This document shows, piece by piece, positions 35,701 through 58,810 of a stretch of 64,000 nucleotides of DNA. The notes below the pieces were generated by a model. That model had not been told where the DNA came from, searched no databases, and worked only from the letters and a program-made list of their open reading frames with translations. This DNA comes from the human T2T-CHM13v2.0 reference genome, Homo sapiens. The stretch lies in NCBI RefSeq assembly GCF_009914755.1, contig NC_060931.1. One strand, 5' to 3'. Positions within the stretch are counted from its first letter, which is position 1; every line of letters begins with the position of its first letter. Made by a program: the position numbers and the translations under genes.

Positions 35701-37521
35701 GCCACTTCAGAAGCACCCCAATCTACAGAACTAGCCTGGAAAAGGAAAAGGGAGAGTATGGGAAACATAAGACCTAACTTCAAATCTTAGAAAGCCTGTT
35801 TTATAGAAGTGAGATTCACTGTGAGAAGTTCCAGAGATCAGGCCTCATGGTTAGAAGCTACAGGAAGACTTTACAAACTTTGAGCAGGGCAAGCGCCCAA
35901 GAGCTAGGCTGCCTGTGAGGTCCTGGACATGTTCAACCATCTAGATTGTCAAAGAATCAATTGCAGGACTGGAAGCAGGGGAAGCTGGAGGAGATGCCAG
36001 CTAGGTCCTCGCCTGCTCTGTGACAATGATTCAAATGCATCCAGGTGGTAGACACCCCACCTGCCAGGAACAGCTGTCAGTCTTGGAACCACTCAGTCAA
36101 CACTTATTTTGAGTTGGATTTTCTGATTATTCTAGAACTCATTTGGATCTTGCCATGAACCAAATCAGCCCTTTTCACATTAGCTGCAGTCCCTGGAGTA
36201 TTAAAAATGCTGCCAAGCCTTAGGTTTTACCACTTACGGAGTAAGCCTTGAGTTCTAATAAAACGATGCTTAAAGCAGATACATACATCTTTTTTTCTAT
36301 ATTCTAAACTGTTCATAGTTTGCCACCTCTCCTATAAATGGATCTACCATCTTTTCAAGATTTTCTCCCATAAGCACTTGAGAGCACTTCTGTAAGCCCC
36401 CAGGATACTGAATTGAAAGATTTATATTAACACCTGCAGGCAAATCTCTTTTGAACTTGTCCAAGGCAGAATCATGAGGAAGGGACCACAAAATAAGTCA
36501 GCTAATTACATGTCACTTTAAAACCACTGGATGTAGACTAAAGGCTGCTGAAAGGTTTTGATCAATACTGACTCTGCCTTGGACACCATGAGTAATGTGA
36601 TGCACGCTGCTCATGTCTTTTCCTGGGCACCTCAATCTGGCAACTTCTTTTCTAAGCAGTAATTAAATCAGTGAAAATTGTATATAGTCATGTGAGTGGC
36701 AAAAATTTTTAGCAGCAATCATGAAACCAACCCCCGCCCCACGCCCCACCGCTCAATACACTTTGAAAATCTACAATTGGCAAATTTGAAATGTCAGGTC
36801 CATGCTAATTTGTTTTGCAAGCTACTCCAAGGAAGCCAGATATCAGCCCGTCCCCGGCTGTTAGATGAAAGGCTCCAGAAAGTCTTGCATAGCTGACGGC
36901 AGGACGCAGTGGGCTCTCTCCTCCCTTCCCTGGCACCATTTGGGTGGCATCATTGTGAAATGCTCTTTCTGCCGCTGGTACTGGCATCCTGTTAAATCTC
37001 AATTTGACACTCGGGTGTGCGCTGAGTCACAGCAGGTGCAAGACTTAGGTGACTGCTTTGTGCCCACATTTGAATAACTCAGCTCATGAGCAAGTTGGCT
37101 CAGGTGTGCTTCCTCCTCTCATTAGCCATGGTTTTCTCAACCCAAGAGCAGTTGACTACCCAGCGTGACCTGAACTGGCTGCTTCATCAAATATTGACAG
37201 CATGTTTGAAGTTCTCCTTTTATTCTTACAAGGCAGTTTCCTTCTGTGATACTTTCCTTCAGAAAGTACTGTTTCAAGCAGTGCCCAGACCTGGCCCTGA
37301 AACCATGTCTGCAGACTGTCATGGAAGGGAGGCAGACCTTGTATTTGGCCTTAGTAGCACCTCGCCACCTTGCTCCTCACCCAGACTGCCAAGCACAGAG
37401 AAGCACATACCTCCTCTGTGAAGAGGGAAAATAACCAGCTGACTCAGATTCACAGAGAACTTAGCAACAAATAATGAGAGCTTTAGCATCTCATGCTTGC
37501 TAAATGGGCAGGACCAAGTAG

Positions 37522-38318
<797 letters not shown>

Positions 38319-39249
38319 AAAAAAAATTTTTAAAACAAAAATCATCAGTATATTTCTAGAGCCACAAGTGTAAGGGGCCAGATTTTTCCAAGACAAAAAT
38401 GAAAATGAATGGTGTCAGGAGGGGGGCAATAGTAGTTGCTTGGCCCGGCATTTAGAGCCCCAGATCACCATGGGAGGGGAGGAAAGTGGGGCTGGAGACA
38501 CTGCGCTAGGCAGCTGGCATGGGGCTGGCAGAGAAGGCCGGATTCCTGCCCTGAAAAGCTGGGGGAGTGACTGCACAGAGCCCCTGGTGCGACAGGCCAG
38601 GCAGCTGGCTGCCACAGAAGCTTCTGAACCCCTGCAACTTTGAGGCACTTGGCACTCTCCCCACCCCACTTTCATCGAACTATTATCAAGAGGAAGGAAA
38701 AATGTATTTCAGAATCCCAAGAAAACTCCAGAATGAGCCAAATCTTCTTTGCTTGTGTAAAAAAGAAAAAGCAAAAGCAAGCTGAGTGATCAGAAAATGA
38801 AAAATTATAACCTGACATTAAGTTTGAAACTTTTGTGAGTGACCTGAAGAGAACAGGTTGGGAGATACGTGAGGGCCTCTAGAAAGGAGGCCACCAGGGG
38901 AAATCAAGTAACCTAGGGACACAGATATGAGCCTGGCCATCACCCCCTTCTTACCCGGGAGAGAGCAGCAAACCATGACCTGGGCCCATGAGCCTGGGAA
39001 GGGGGCCTATGATCCTCCTTATCCTCGAAATAGCTGTGTCTGTGGGGACAAGGACCACAGCTTTCCCTCACTGTCTCACTGTCTGCTCCCTCCCTGCCTC
39101 GGCTCCTGTCCACCTGCCCTGGAGCACCCCCTCCTTACCACAGCTTATCCAGCTTGCACTCAGCTCTGACACCTTATTGAAGTTACGGTCCTTTCCTCAG
39201 AGTGCACCAGGCTAAAATCACTGATCTGTCCTCTACGGCCACAATTTAA

Positions 39250-39490
39250 TAATAACAGGTGACACTCTGCATTTGACCTTGTGCCAGGCACTGTTCTAAG
39301 TGCTTTTACATATCTCAGCTCCTTTAATCCTCATAACAACACTATGAGGGAAGTATTTGCCTTCACTTTATAGATGGGGAGCCTGGGATACAGGGAGGTG
39401 GAGTGACTTGCCTGAGGTCACACAACTGGGCTAGGATTTGAACCCTGGAAGGCTGGCATCAGCGTCTATAGTTTTAATCACTCCACTATC
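39250..39490 (-). mobile_element. MIR
   Basis: GTGCCAGGCACTGTTCTAAGTGCTTT...TTTAATCCTCATAACAAC...GGTCACACAACT. Confidence 0.78.
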
Positions 39491-39539
39491 CTGACTCTCA
39501 ATTCCAACCTGTCCTATAGTGTTAGATATTAGGATGTGA

Positions 39540-40785
<1,246 letters not shown>

Positions 40786-41365
40786 AAGTCAGTCAAGGCC
40801 TCTGCTATATCACCTCTCCAATATCTCATTTGCTATCAGCTAACCACACTGTGCAAGCGGTGACAGAGTTGACAGCAGTGTTACTGAGGGAAACAGAAGG
40901 GGAATGGTCCACTAGGTGTGGTTTGGAGATTGTGTGGAGGAAAGCAATGAAGACAGAGAGTAACTATATCTAGTACTAGCGTCCCTGGGTGCACCCCAAT
41001 GTGGCATTTCTTGAAAGTTTATCACAAGGGCTACCGGCAAGCACTGTAAGATTGAGCTGATACGTGAAATTGATATTTTCTTCTTTGCCTCGGGCATTCA
41101 TTCCCAGGGATACAATGTCAATTCAGAGTTTCCAGGTGAAGCTTTGCCAGAAATATTGCCAATGCTGCCATCCTGGGCTTTTATAAGAACGCATTCAGCT
41201 TATGGCCACTAGTGAACACAGCCTTCAGAAGACTGTCAGATTGGTTCCAGACAGCTAAGGAACACATGCATATATTAATAAGTGGCATTATTTTAAGTAA
41301 CCTGGACACTAAAATAGTATTCTCCAAAGCTTACTCCAATGGGTAGTAAAAAGTATGATAAAGAA

Positions 41366-41803
41366 TGTTGCAGGTAGCGACTAGCTGGGGCTGGTGGCAC
41401 ATGGGTAAAGGAATTTACCAAGACAATTGTAAGTGAAAAAAAAAGGCAGAATTATAGGAGAAAGTATGAAAATACGTTGCAAGGGTGCAATGGGCAGATC
41501 AGCAACAGAGGAGCTGACTGCAAGGAGACAAAAGTTTGCTGGGGATTTTATAAGATGGTGCTTGTGCTAGAGAGGGCTATGTGCTGTACTGATAACACCA
41601 AGATTGCAGTGAGCTAACTTGCATTTTTCTATCAGCCGAGGATCTGGTGATAAGTCAGTGCAGGAAGATTGTGAGTTATTCGTGCAGGAGGGCTACGTGT
41701 CCTGGACCATGAAGAAAGGCAGCCTTAAAGCTTATCTTCTTTTTCTTTTTACTTTCCCCTGCTCCCACCAGCCTAACTCCCCTTCCCTTATTAGGACTCC
41801 ACA
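41366..41803 (-). mobile_element. Solo LTR (ERV1/MER4-group-like)
   Basis: TG...CA termini, 438 bp, flanked by AAGAA/TAGAA; LTR-type GGTAAAGGAATTTACCAAGACA start. Confidence 0.75.
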
Positions 41804-42119
41804 TAGAATAAAATGTTCGTAGTCAAGTGAACTTGGAAAATACAGAATCAAACAAAGCTAAATGGGCTTCTTTCCTGCAGAACTTCCCAGGGGAAGTGTC
41901 ATTGGAGTCTGTGGCAAGAGGAGGCCATCAGAAGCAGCTTTTTCCTCACTTTTTGGTCACCAATCCCTCCTTCACTTCCATCCCCATTTTTTTCCCCTCA
42001 GAGAGTCCCATGAACTTGGTTGCCCAAAACAGAGCGGCTTTAACGTTAACTAAAAGCAAAATGGTCAGAGCACCTCACCTCTATGAAAAGCACACTATAG
42101 GAACCCTACTGCAGTAGGC

Positions 42120-43150
<1,031 letters not shown>

Positions 43151-43479
43151 AAAAAAATACATTGCTAAGCAGCAAAATGTAGAGAAGGACCTAAAGCCTT
43201 GGACATGGGGTCTTAATTTTCTAATAATCCAACCTTTTGTAGATGTAGGATGTGGAAATTTCACCTAGAGATTATAAGACCAGGATTTTTATATTTGCTT
43301 TCCATCTTTTCTGTCAATTTTAGAAAAGGCAATACCATTAGAAAACAACAATACCATTTTCATAAAGCAGAATAGAGAGCTCCTTTAGAGTCAAGGAAAA
43401 ATAAAAATTAAAGATAGGCTTTTTTCAGTACTCACTATGTGTGACATATTGTGTTTTGTATGTATTAATTTCCTGTTCA

Positions 43480-44320
<841 letters not shown>

Positions 44321-44844
44321 GCACATACAAAAACCTATTTGGTAAACATGCCCATGTATCTTTGGAGGCTGGAATTATGTGTTTCTATGGTGGCCAAGAT
44401 CCTCTAGATTAGCTGTGTCTAGTTAAACTGCGCTAAGATGTCTGCAGAGCAGCTGAATGCCTTGCAGTGGAAGAAGACCACACTCCTGGCCTATACCAAC
44501 CTAAGGGAGGGACAACTGGCCTAGGGCCCTGGCTGAGGCTGGGATGACTGTTCTTTTCTTGGGAAAAGTGAGATTCATGAAGGTCTAAATAAAGGGTGGC
44601 AGTACCTGTAGAAAATAAATTGGGAAGGAATGGCATAGCTGGATGGAGTGTTTGGGGGCTGCAAGAATGCTGTGGAGTCAGACTCTACAGATGGTTTGAG
44701 GTTTCCAAATTAATTCATTTTCAGGGAGAGTTAGAAGAGACACAGATGGATAGAAATTCTGAGTGGCAAACATCCCACTGAGCAATCCACTGTAGGAGAA
44801 ATGGGCCCTGAAAACTGTCTAATGCATTTTGAAGAATTTCACTC

Positions 44845-45301
44845 TGTTGAACTCAAATGAAATATACAGACAAATCTCTGAAATTAAAATGTTTTATCTG
44901 GGAAGGAAGAATTGCAATTTGGGCCATACACACAGACCAGGTGGTCTTCACTGTGTCTGAAGAACAAAGAGAAGGTCAGAAGTTTTCTTTAAACGGAGAA
45001 ATATTACATATTGCTCTTTGAGAAAGTTCATTGGCACTAGTAAGGTTTTAGGAAGCTGGCAAGTTTTGCTTGGTAAGTGATGGCAATGGGTAAAATAATT
45101 CTTCAAGTCACAGGAGGTAGTTTCGGTAGCTAGTAGATAAAACTGGCTTTAGGCTACAGCAGGCAGTTTCAGCAGCAGGGCTTGCAGAGAATTACATTCT
45201 TGGAGCAATGTTATGTGCCCTGAGAGCCTTCTCCCAGTGGCCTCTCAACTGTTTTAGTTGGGTAGAACAAAGATGACCCAATTTATTGATCAACTTTCAC
45301 A
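44845..45301 (-). mobile_element. Solo ERV1-class LTR
   Basis: TGTTGAAC...CTTTCACA termini, 457 bp, perfect 4-bp TSD ACTC. Confidence 0.8.
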
Positions 45302-45864
45302 ACTCCTACCTGAGATGACCTTTTGAATTACTCTTCAGGTTACTATTTGAAGGAATCTTGAGTTTTCTCCAAAGGAATTCAGATAGCTAAGACACTCCTT
45401 TGGAACTCAAGTCAGATAACTGACCATACTCAAAAGCATGTTGAACACGCTTGCCTCGTAAAAAGAAAGGCTATTGATGATGGGGGTGAGGTGCCAGCAT
45501 AGATCTGGGAACTGCAATACTCTGAGGTGCTAGACTTTGTGTGTTATGCTTCAGCCTGAAAACTGCAACAAAACTGTGTTTCCATCTGTAATAGGAGAAA
45601 GTAGTGAGTTTATTTGCTTCAGAGACAGCATAGTTGAAACAATAAAACCATGAGAAGGGCCTTGTGTTTTACCTATCAATTGCTTACTTTCTAAAATGTT
45701 GTACAACAAATAACTTGTTAGTGAATTGAATGTTTAAATCAATTAGGTATCCTGCTGTTTAAAAGCTTCCTATGGGAAATACTTTGGTAAACAATCACTA
45801 ATTTATACTTTCAAAAATGAAACACATTACTATACTTTCAGTTTTCACATAACAAAGCAACTCT

Positions 45865-47358
<1,494 letters not shown>

Positions 47359-47694
47359 CAATAACTTCTGTTATAAAAGCCTTAGGTTTGTGTTTTGCTG
47401 CAGCCTTGTTGGGGGTGGGAGGAGAAGGATAAAATGAAGATGGCACAGATCAACCTTGAAGGTGAGACAGGGACAGAAGAAAGGATTCAAGTGGTTTTCT
47501 CAGACAAGAACCCACTGTCAGTGCCAAACCATCTCCTGTGTTCATGCTCCATCATGCTGGACAAGTGCTGGCCCAGAGTGGCAGTATCTCAATGCCCTGC
47601 TTCAGCAGTACTCCCTCCTGTACCTTTGCTCCAAGGCTACCTTGAACTCAGCGGCACCCAGAGTCCCCCAGTTTTTACTCAGGGAAAGAGTTCA

Positions 47695-48706
47695 TTTTTT
47701 TCCCAGCTTTATTGAGGTGTAATTGACAAATTAAAATTCTATATATTGAAGGTATACAATATGATGTCTTGATATATGATATACATTGTGAGATGATTAC
47801 CACATCAAATGAATAAACACATCCATCACCTAACTAACGCAATTAGTTACCATTTACGTGTGTGAGTGTAGTGAAGACACTTCAAATCTATTCTCAATGC
47901 AAATTTCAAGTAAACAATACAGTATTATTAACTATTATCATCATGCTGTACATTAGATTCTCAGAACTTACTCATCCTATAACAACGTTTGTACCCTTTA
48001 ACCAACCTCCTAGCCCCTGGAAACCACCAATCCATTCTCTGCTTCTATGAGTTTGACTTTTTTTTTTTTAACGATTCAACACATTTAGCTGGGTGTGGTG
48101 GTTTATGCCTGTAGTCCTAGCTACTCAGGAAGCTGAGGCAGGAGGATCGTTTTGGGCCCAGGCATTTGAGGCTGCAGTAAGCTATGACTGCACCACTGTA
48201 CTCCAGCCTGGGCAACAGAGTAAGACCCTGTCACTCAAAAAAATTTTTTTAATTAAAAAAATTTTAAAGATTCTACACATAAGTGAAATCATACAGTATC
48301 TGTCTTTCTGTGTTTGGCTTATTTCATTTGGCATAATGTCCTCCAGATTCATCCATGTTGTGCCAAATAACGGGAGTTCCTTCTTCTTTATGGCTGAAGA
48401 ATATTCCAAGACTGGACATGGTGGCTCATGCCTGTAATCCTAGCACTTTGGGAAGCTGAGGCAGGAGGATCGCTTGAGCCCAGGATTGGAGACCAGCCTG
48501 GGCAATATGGCAAAACTTTGTCTCTACCAAAAATACAAAAATTAGCCAGGCATAGTGGTGTGCACCTATAGTCCCAGCTACTTGGGAGGCTGAGGTGGGC
48601 CCAGGAGGCAGAGGTTACTGTGAACAATGGAGATTGCTCCATTGCACTCCAGCCTGGGCGACAGAGCCAGAACCTGTCTCGAAAGAAAAAATATATGTAT
48701 GTATAG

Positions 48707-48747
<41 letters not shown>

Positions 48748-48760
48748 TATATTCCATAGA
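47695..48760 (-). mobile_element. L1MA-like 3' end with nested Alus (+, 48087-48260 and 48412-48695) and (CA)n at 48709-48742
   Basis: CAGCTTTATTGAGGTGTAATTGACAAA...TCATGCTGTACATTAGAT...ATAAGTGAAATCATACAGTATCTGTCTTTCTG. Confidence 0.85.
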
Positions 48761-48775
48761 AATAGTTCTTATGTA

Positions 48776-49898
<1,123 letters not shown>

Positions 49899-51179
49899 AG
49901 CATAGACACATTTGTTCAGCAAACTAAAATTATAACTAGCATTTATCTTTTTAGAAAGCAGATAGAAGGCAGGCAGAGGTTGAGGGGGCTCAGAAGTGGG
50001 CCTAGATGGCTGGGGAGTCTCACCTTCTGTTCTGTTCCTGCCTTCTGACAATCAGAAGGCTGCTGCCTGGTTAAGATCAGATAGAGATTCCACAGAGCTG
50101 ATCATAAAACTAGGAATTAGATAAAGCCAGCAAGGACAAAGAAACAGTTGAAAAGGAATTGTTTAATGATGTGAATTACTAAAGAGAGTATTATAGCTGC
50201 TACCAAAAATATAAATGCGCTTAAGGGAGATGATTAAACAATTGAGAGAATTCAGGTGCTAAATTAATGGTCAATTCAAATATAAAAACCCATCAACTTT
50301 ATTAAATACTGATCAGGGTCACTGGCCTCAAAACTTAGGTTTTTTTCTAGCAAAGGAGCAATAATTAGGCCCTCTGCCAACTGTGCTTCTGTTAATTTTC
50401 AGTTATGGGTGCTTGGTTTTCTACCTTGTAAATAATCAGCGACTTTGCCCACAGTCCAACTTACTTACGTGCAGCTTTCCTACTATCAAGTAGTGTGCAA
50501 TTAGGGAAAGAAGATCAATATGAGTGTCACACGTTCACAACGTCATCCGGCAGATACATGTACTGACAAAAAGAGTAAGATGCATCCCAAAGCCAGAGAG
50601 AGGCCTTTCAAATTCTTCCTCCATCTGGAGATTTAATCAAGAGTAGAGCAAAATATCTTCTGCTTTCTTTTCCAAATCTATGTGGTGGTGCTTTTAGGGC
50701 TGAAAGCCACAGAGTTAAGCAAGAACACCAGAGTTTGGTCATTATCTAGCGTAATTCCTCACTTGTTGCCAGGGCTTTCAGAGACACTCAAGGTGCAAAG
50801 GGAACTTAGAAATCTGTCCAGTTCAAGTCCTCACTGTGAAGGTGAGCGGCTCTGAGGTCCAGAGATGTAGTAGGTGTTCCTTCTAAAATGACTTGCTTGT
50901 GCCAAACTATGAGACCTAAACCCCAAGCTCTTTCCACAATATACCCCACTTTGACCATTCTCACCAGGCAGCATTTCCTAAACACCTAGACTGTCAGGGC
51001 AAAGTGCTGCTCTACCATGAACAAGTCATTGAGGTTTGTGTTAGTGTATTAATTCACTATGAGTGGCTAAAAGAATATGTTTAGTCAAAAAAAAAAAAAG
51101 CAAGATACCCAGTAGGTGTTGAATAAGTGGTTTTCAAATGAATGGAATACAGAATAAAACCCAAGGACAGTAACTTATC

Positions 51180-52535
51180 ACATGTGGCAAAGATAGCCAT
51201 CTATGCTCTCTTCTTGGTCTTGGGCAGAGTTAGGGCTTCCTTGCAGCCTCCCTTTGTTACTAGCAGTGAATCCATATGGGTCTGCAGCAACCTCAATTCT
51301 TGCCTCCTCAGAAGAAAGAATGCAAACAAGGGGGAATAAGACAGAGTGAGAGACTGAGGCAAGTTTTAGAGAAGGAATGAAAGTTTATTAAAAAGTTTTG
51401 GGAAAGGAATGCAAGGACATAAAGTATACTTGGAAGAGGGCCAAGCAGACAACTTGAGAGATCAAGTGCATGGTTTGACCTTTGACTTCAAGTTTTCTGT
51501 GTTGGCATACTTCTGAGGTCTTGCTGGTACTTCTCCCCTGATTATTCCCTTGAGGTGGGCTGTCAGCATGTGCAGTTCTGCCAGCACTTGGGAGGGGCTG
51601 CGGGAGCAGTGTGTTTACTGAAGTTGTATGCATGCTCACTTGAGGCCTTCCTAGAGGAAGATCATATAGCAGTTAAATGCTGCCATTTTGCCTCTTAGGG
51701 CACATGCGTGAGCCCACTCACTCAACTCCTGAGATCGTATTGGGAAGCTGCTGATCACCGGTTTCAGGTTTTCCTATCTGTTGGGAGACGGCCTTTCCCT
51801 GGTGTCGGCTGTGACCAATTATTATTTTAGAGAGACAGTTAACCATCACCTGACATTCCTGGTGGGGAAAGGGAAGCCCTCTCCTGCCCTGTTCATGTCT
51901 GACTAGCTACCTACTGTAACACCTCGCCACTTAGGTGTGGCCCTGTGGCCTGGTTCTGGCCAATGAAGTATGAAGTGGAAGTCATGAACACCACTTCCCA
52001 GCCTGGCCCATACAAACCTCCCGTGCTTGATTTTCACTCGCTCCATCCACTGGCTGAATGGACAGGACTCTGAGGATCCAGAGGAGCCCAGAGCCACAAT
52101 AAAAAAAGAGGCTCTGTCCTCAAACGACTTTAAAGGACACGGTCTCCCTTTATCTTACACCCTTTTTCTGAAGTATAAAATAAGCAAGAGGCCAGGTGCA
52201 GTGGCTCACGTGAGCTTGTAAACCCAGCACTTTTGGGAGGCCAAGGCTGGAGGATCACTTGAGCCCAGGAGTTCAAGACCAGCCAGGGCAACACAGCAAG
52301 ACCTTGTCTCTATTGAAAAATACAAAAATTAGCTGGGTGCGGTGGTGTGTGCCTATAGTCCCAGCTACTCGGGAGGCTAAGGTTGGGGGGCATGGCTTGA
52401 GCCTGCAAGGCAGAGGTTAGAATGAGCCAAGATCGTGCCACTGCTTTCCAGCCTGGGTGACAAAGCCAGACCCTGTTGGGTTAAAGCACTGAGATTTGGG
52501 GATTGTTATAGTGGCTATCCCATCCTGATTAGTGC
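51180..52535 (+). mobile_element. MLT1J-like MaLR LTR (split by the ERV1 LTR and an Alu at 52190-52475)
   Basis: TTAGGTGTGGCC...GTTCTGGCCAATGAA...GTGGAAGT and GTTAAAGCACTGAGATTTGGGG motifs. Confidence 0.65.
51255..51921 (-). mobile_element. Solo ERV1 LTR (MER50-like) inserted in an MLT1J-like LTR
   Basis: TGTTAC...GTAACA termini, 4-bp TSD CCTT/CCTC, GGGTCTGCAGCAACCTCAATTCTTGCCTCCTCAGAAGAAAGAA motif. Confidence 0.8.
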
Positions 52536-52719
52536 ACTACGCTTGTGTGGGTTGTTAAACAGAACCAGATCCAGCACTTTGGATCTGATGGACAGGACAA
52601 AAGTTGCCAATGGTAGTTCCCCTTTGCTTCCAAATGATGTATGCTGTAACCCCCACTGATCAGCCTGACTCCGAGGTCCCCTAGACCCCTTTTCTTTATT
52701 CCTTTTCCATCCTCTGCAC

Positions 52720-52754
<35 letters not shown>

Positions 52755-53550
52755 CACAGAGTGCAATCGCAAACCCTGGAACCTTAACCTGAGTGTAAGA
52801 ATTCCAGTTCACACCAAAGAGACTAGGTGGGAGTCAGCAAGCCTACTTAGCTTGTGATTTCCCTGGGACAAGCCTGGTCCTAAATATGTTTCTCATATGA
52901 GGAGTCCCAGACTCCTCAATCAGTGGCATGCATTTCACCCTCTACACATCCTGCTTCCCTAATAAGACCACAAGCTCTTGCCTTGACAGTCTTTGTATCC
53001 CAGGGACTGTCACCAATGGATGCTTAAAATATGTCTTTGAAAGTAAACAAGGCTGGCATGAATCAATAGGAATCAAAAGCATGCAGGAATCACCAAAGAG
53101 CCAAGCAACAAGATAAAGTGCTTTAAATACAGTTAGTTGTTTTTGTGTAAAAGATCAAGAAAGGCATCGTATGAAGGGGCAAAATCCAATACTTCATTTC
53201 TTCTGACACTTTGCAGAGAAGAGATTTTGGCAGATTTTACACTTTCCAAAGCTGTGGAAAGAATGCTTGGTTGAAGAAGGGCATTCCCTCTTGCAAAAGG
53301 AGGAGGCTGAGTCATGAACAAACAAGCAAAACAGTGCAGAGGAGTGGCGGACGGCAGCAGAAAGTTGACAGATTGTGAATTTCAATTCTGACTCTGCCGT
53401 TTATTGAGGGCATTTCCTTAGGCAGAGGGTGGCGTGTCCCTGAGCCTCAGTGTCCTCATCTAGACTATATGAAATGGAGATAATTTTAGGAACTCTGGCC
53501 AGAGCTCCTAAAACCCTTGTAACTTCCTAAGTGATAAGAGTGATAAAAGC

Positions 53551-53905
<355 letters not shown>

Positions 53906-54469
53906 TTATCCCTGGCTACCCTACTTCACAAAGGTGCTGTAAGGAATAAATGCACAAAAAGGGGCCAGCGCAGAGCAGGGTTCAGTACGTCGTAGCTACT
54001 ATTGTGAATACTATGTGCAAGCACTTAGTGATCATCGTCATCATAATGTCCAAAGCAACTTTAAAGTCAAACTTTCGGAAGATTATAAACTAACCAGAAA
54101 AAAGCATAAACTCATCCTCTGCATTAAGTATCAGTTGATTCTTCATCACCAAGATCGGTATTACACAGCAAATCAGTTCATTCATAAAGCTATTCTCTTG
54201 CGAAAGCCTTTGGCAAAATGTCCCAAGAATTTTAATTCTAGTGACTACGCCTGTTTTAAAATTAGCTATACTTAATTCTCCCTCCTAGATGATACAATGT
54301 ATATCTTAATTTATGTCTTGGACTTTAACAGGCTATTTTGCTTAATCATGGAATTTCTACCACAAATTTAAATTTCCTGTGGCTAATATTAACAGACACT
54401 TTCTAAAAGAAGGATGTCAAGGTTTTGACCTGTTTTCTTTCTTGCTGATTTGGATAGATGCTGTGATCT

Positions 54470-54786
54470 TGTGATATAATGAGAAATATATCTTTGGCTG
54501 GGTGCCATGGCTCAAGCCCATAATCCCTGCACTTTGGGAGGCTGAGGTGGGTGGATCACTTGAGTCTACGAGTTCAAGACCAATCTTGGCAACACAGAGA
54601 GACCCCATCTCTACAAAAACTACAAAAATTAGCCTCATGTGGTCCCAGCTACTCAGGAGACTGAGGTGGGAGGATCTCTTTGGGAGGGTCTCTTCAGCCT
54701 GGGAAGCAGGGGGTGCAGTGAGTCAAGACTGCACCACTGCACTCCAGCCTGAGTGACAGAGAGAGACTCTGTCTCAGAAAAAAAAA

Positions 54787-54819
<33 letters not shown>

Positions 54820-55845
54820 GAAAAAAAAAAAAAAAACTCCAAACCCACCATATATACATAGGTCTTTGGTCTTTGTCTCTGGCTCCCGGCCAGAGCGCCT
54901 AAAACCCTTAAAACTTACAATGTGATAAGAGTGGGAGAGGAAAGGGGCTAGAGATTGAGTTCAGTCCCCAAAGACTAATGAATTAATCAGTCATGCCTGC
55001 AAGACTGGTGTGTGGTGGCTCATGCCTCTAATCCCAGCACTTCTGGAGGCCAAGACAAGCAAATCACTTGAGGCCAGGAGTTCGAGACCAGCCTTGCCAA
55101 TGTGGCGGAACCCTATCTCTACTAAAAATACAAAAAAAAAAAAAAAAAAAAATTAGCCTGGCATGGTGGTACATGCCTGTAGTTCCAGCTACTAGGGGAG
55201 GCTGAGGCACGAGAGAATCACTTGAACCCAGGAGGTGGAGGTTATAGTGAGCCAAGATTGCGCCACTGCACTCCAGCCTGGGCAATAGAGCAAGACTCTG
55301 TTTAAAAAAAAAAAAAAATCATGCCTACACAATGAAGACTTCATAAAAAATAAATAAACAGATAAATAAAAGGACAGGGTTTGGAGACCATCTGGGTTGA
55401 CGCACTCATAGAGATGCTGGGAGGGTGGTGCACCTGGAGAAGTTATGGAAGCTCCGTGCCCCTTCCCCATACCTTGCCCTATGTGTCTCTTCCATTTATT
55501 GTATCTTTTATAACAAACCTGTAAACATGAGTAAATGTTTCCAAGTGTTGTGAGCCATTCTAGCAAATTATTGAACCTGAGAAGGGGGTTGTGGGAACCC
55601 CCAGTGTATAGCCCATCAGTCAGAAGTTCAGAAGGCACAGATGAGATTGGCATCTGAAGTGAGGTCTCATGCTAACCCCAGGCAGATAGTGTCAGAATTG
55701 AATTGAGTTGGAGGACACCATGTTGATGACCCCAGATAACTGGAATCAAAGAATTGCTTGGTATCGAAAACCCACACATTGGTTGTCAGAAGTGTTGTGT
55801 GAGAGTATAGAAAGGAGGAAAAAAGATTTTTCTATTTAGAGGTCT
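54470..55845 (+). mobile_element. MER21-like LTR with two Alus (+, 54496-54836 and 55005-55318); a related fragment lies at 53480-53920
   Basis: CAGAGC(G/T)CCTAAAACCCTT...GTGATAAGAG and TGCTGGGAGGGTGGTGCACCTGGAGA...CCCCTTCCCCATACCTTGCCCTATG motifs. Confidence 0.72.
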
Positions 55846-56099
55846 ACAAGAAATTGCCATGTTTTGTTCATCTCATACCAGGTAGGGGTGGCCATGTTTT
55901 AGTGGTTACTATCTTTCATGGCAAGTTATAATTTCACGTTTAAAGGGTTAAGCCCTTTAAATATATCTAGGGACTAGAATGTACTACTGTAAAGTTACTT
56001 CCTAGTTATAAATTATTCATTGACTATATCATTAACTGTATGGCACAACTGCAGTTACATTTTCAGCTTTTCCTTCTACTTGACTGATGTCTACCTCTT

Positions 56100-56542
<443 letters not shown>

Positions 56543-56787
56543 TAGTGACTTCAAACAACATTTATTATCTTAAGTTTATTTCTGGGTCAGGAATCCATGT
56601 GCAGTGTAGTCCTCTTGCTCAGGGCCTTTCACAAAGCTGCAATCAAAGAGTTGGCATGGGCTAGAAGCCAACTTAGTCACTTCAAGCCTCAACTGGAGAA
56701 GGATCAGCTTCTAAGCCTACTCAAGTGGCTGCTGGCAGGCCTCAGCTTCTCTCTCACTGGATATTGGCCTTGCCACATGAGCCTCTA

Positions 56788-58651
<1,864 letters not shown>

Positions 58652-58705
58652 TACAAAACAGCTGGGCTGGGCGTGTTGGTGGGCGCCTGTAATCCCATCT
58701 ACTCA

Positions 58706-58810
<105 letters not shown>

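Noticed and set aside
54777-54836. 60-nt A/GAAAA tract
   Set aside because: Ordinary expanded Alu tail.
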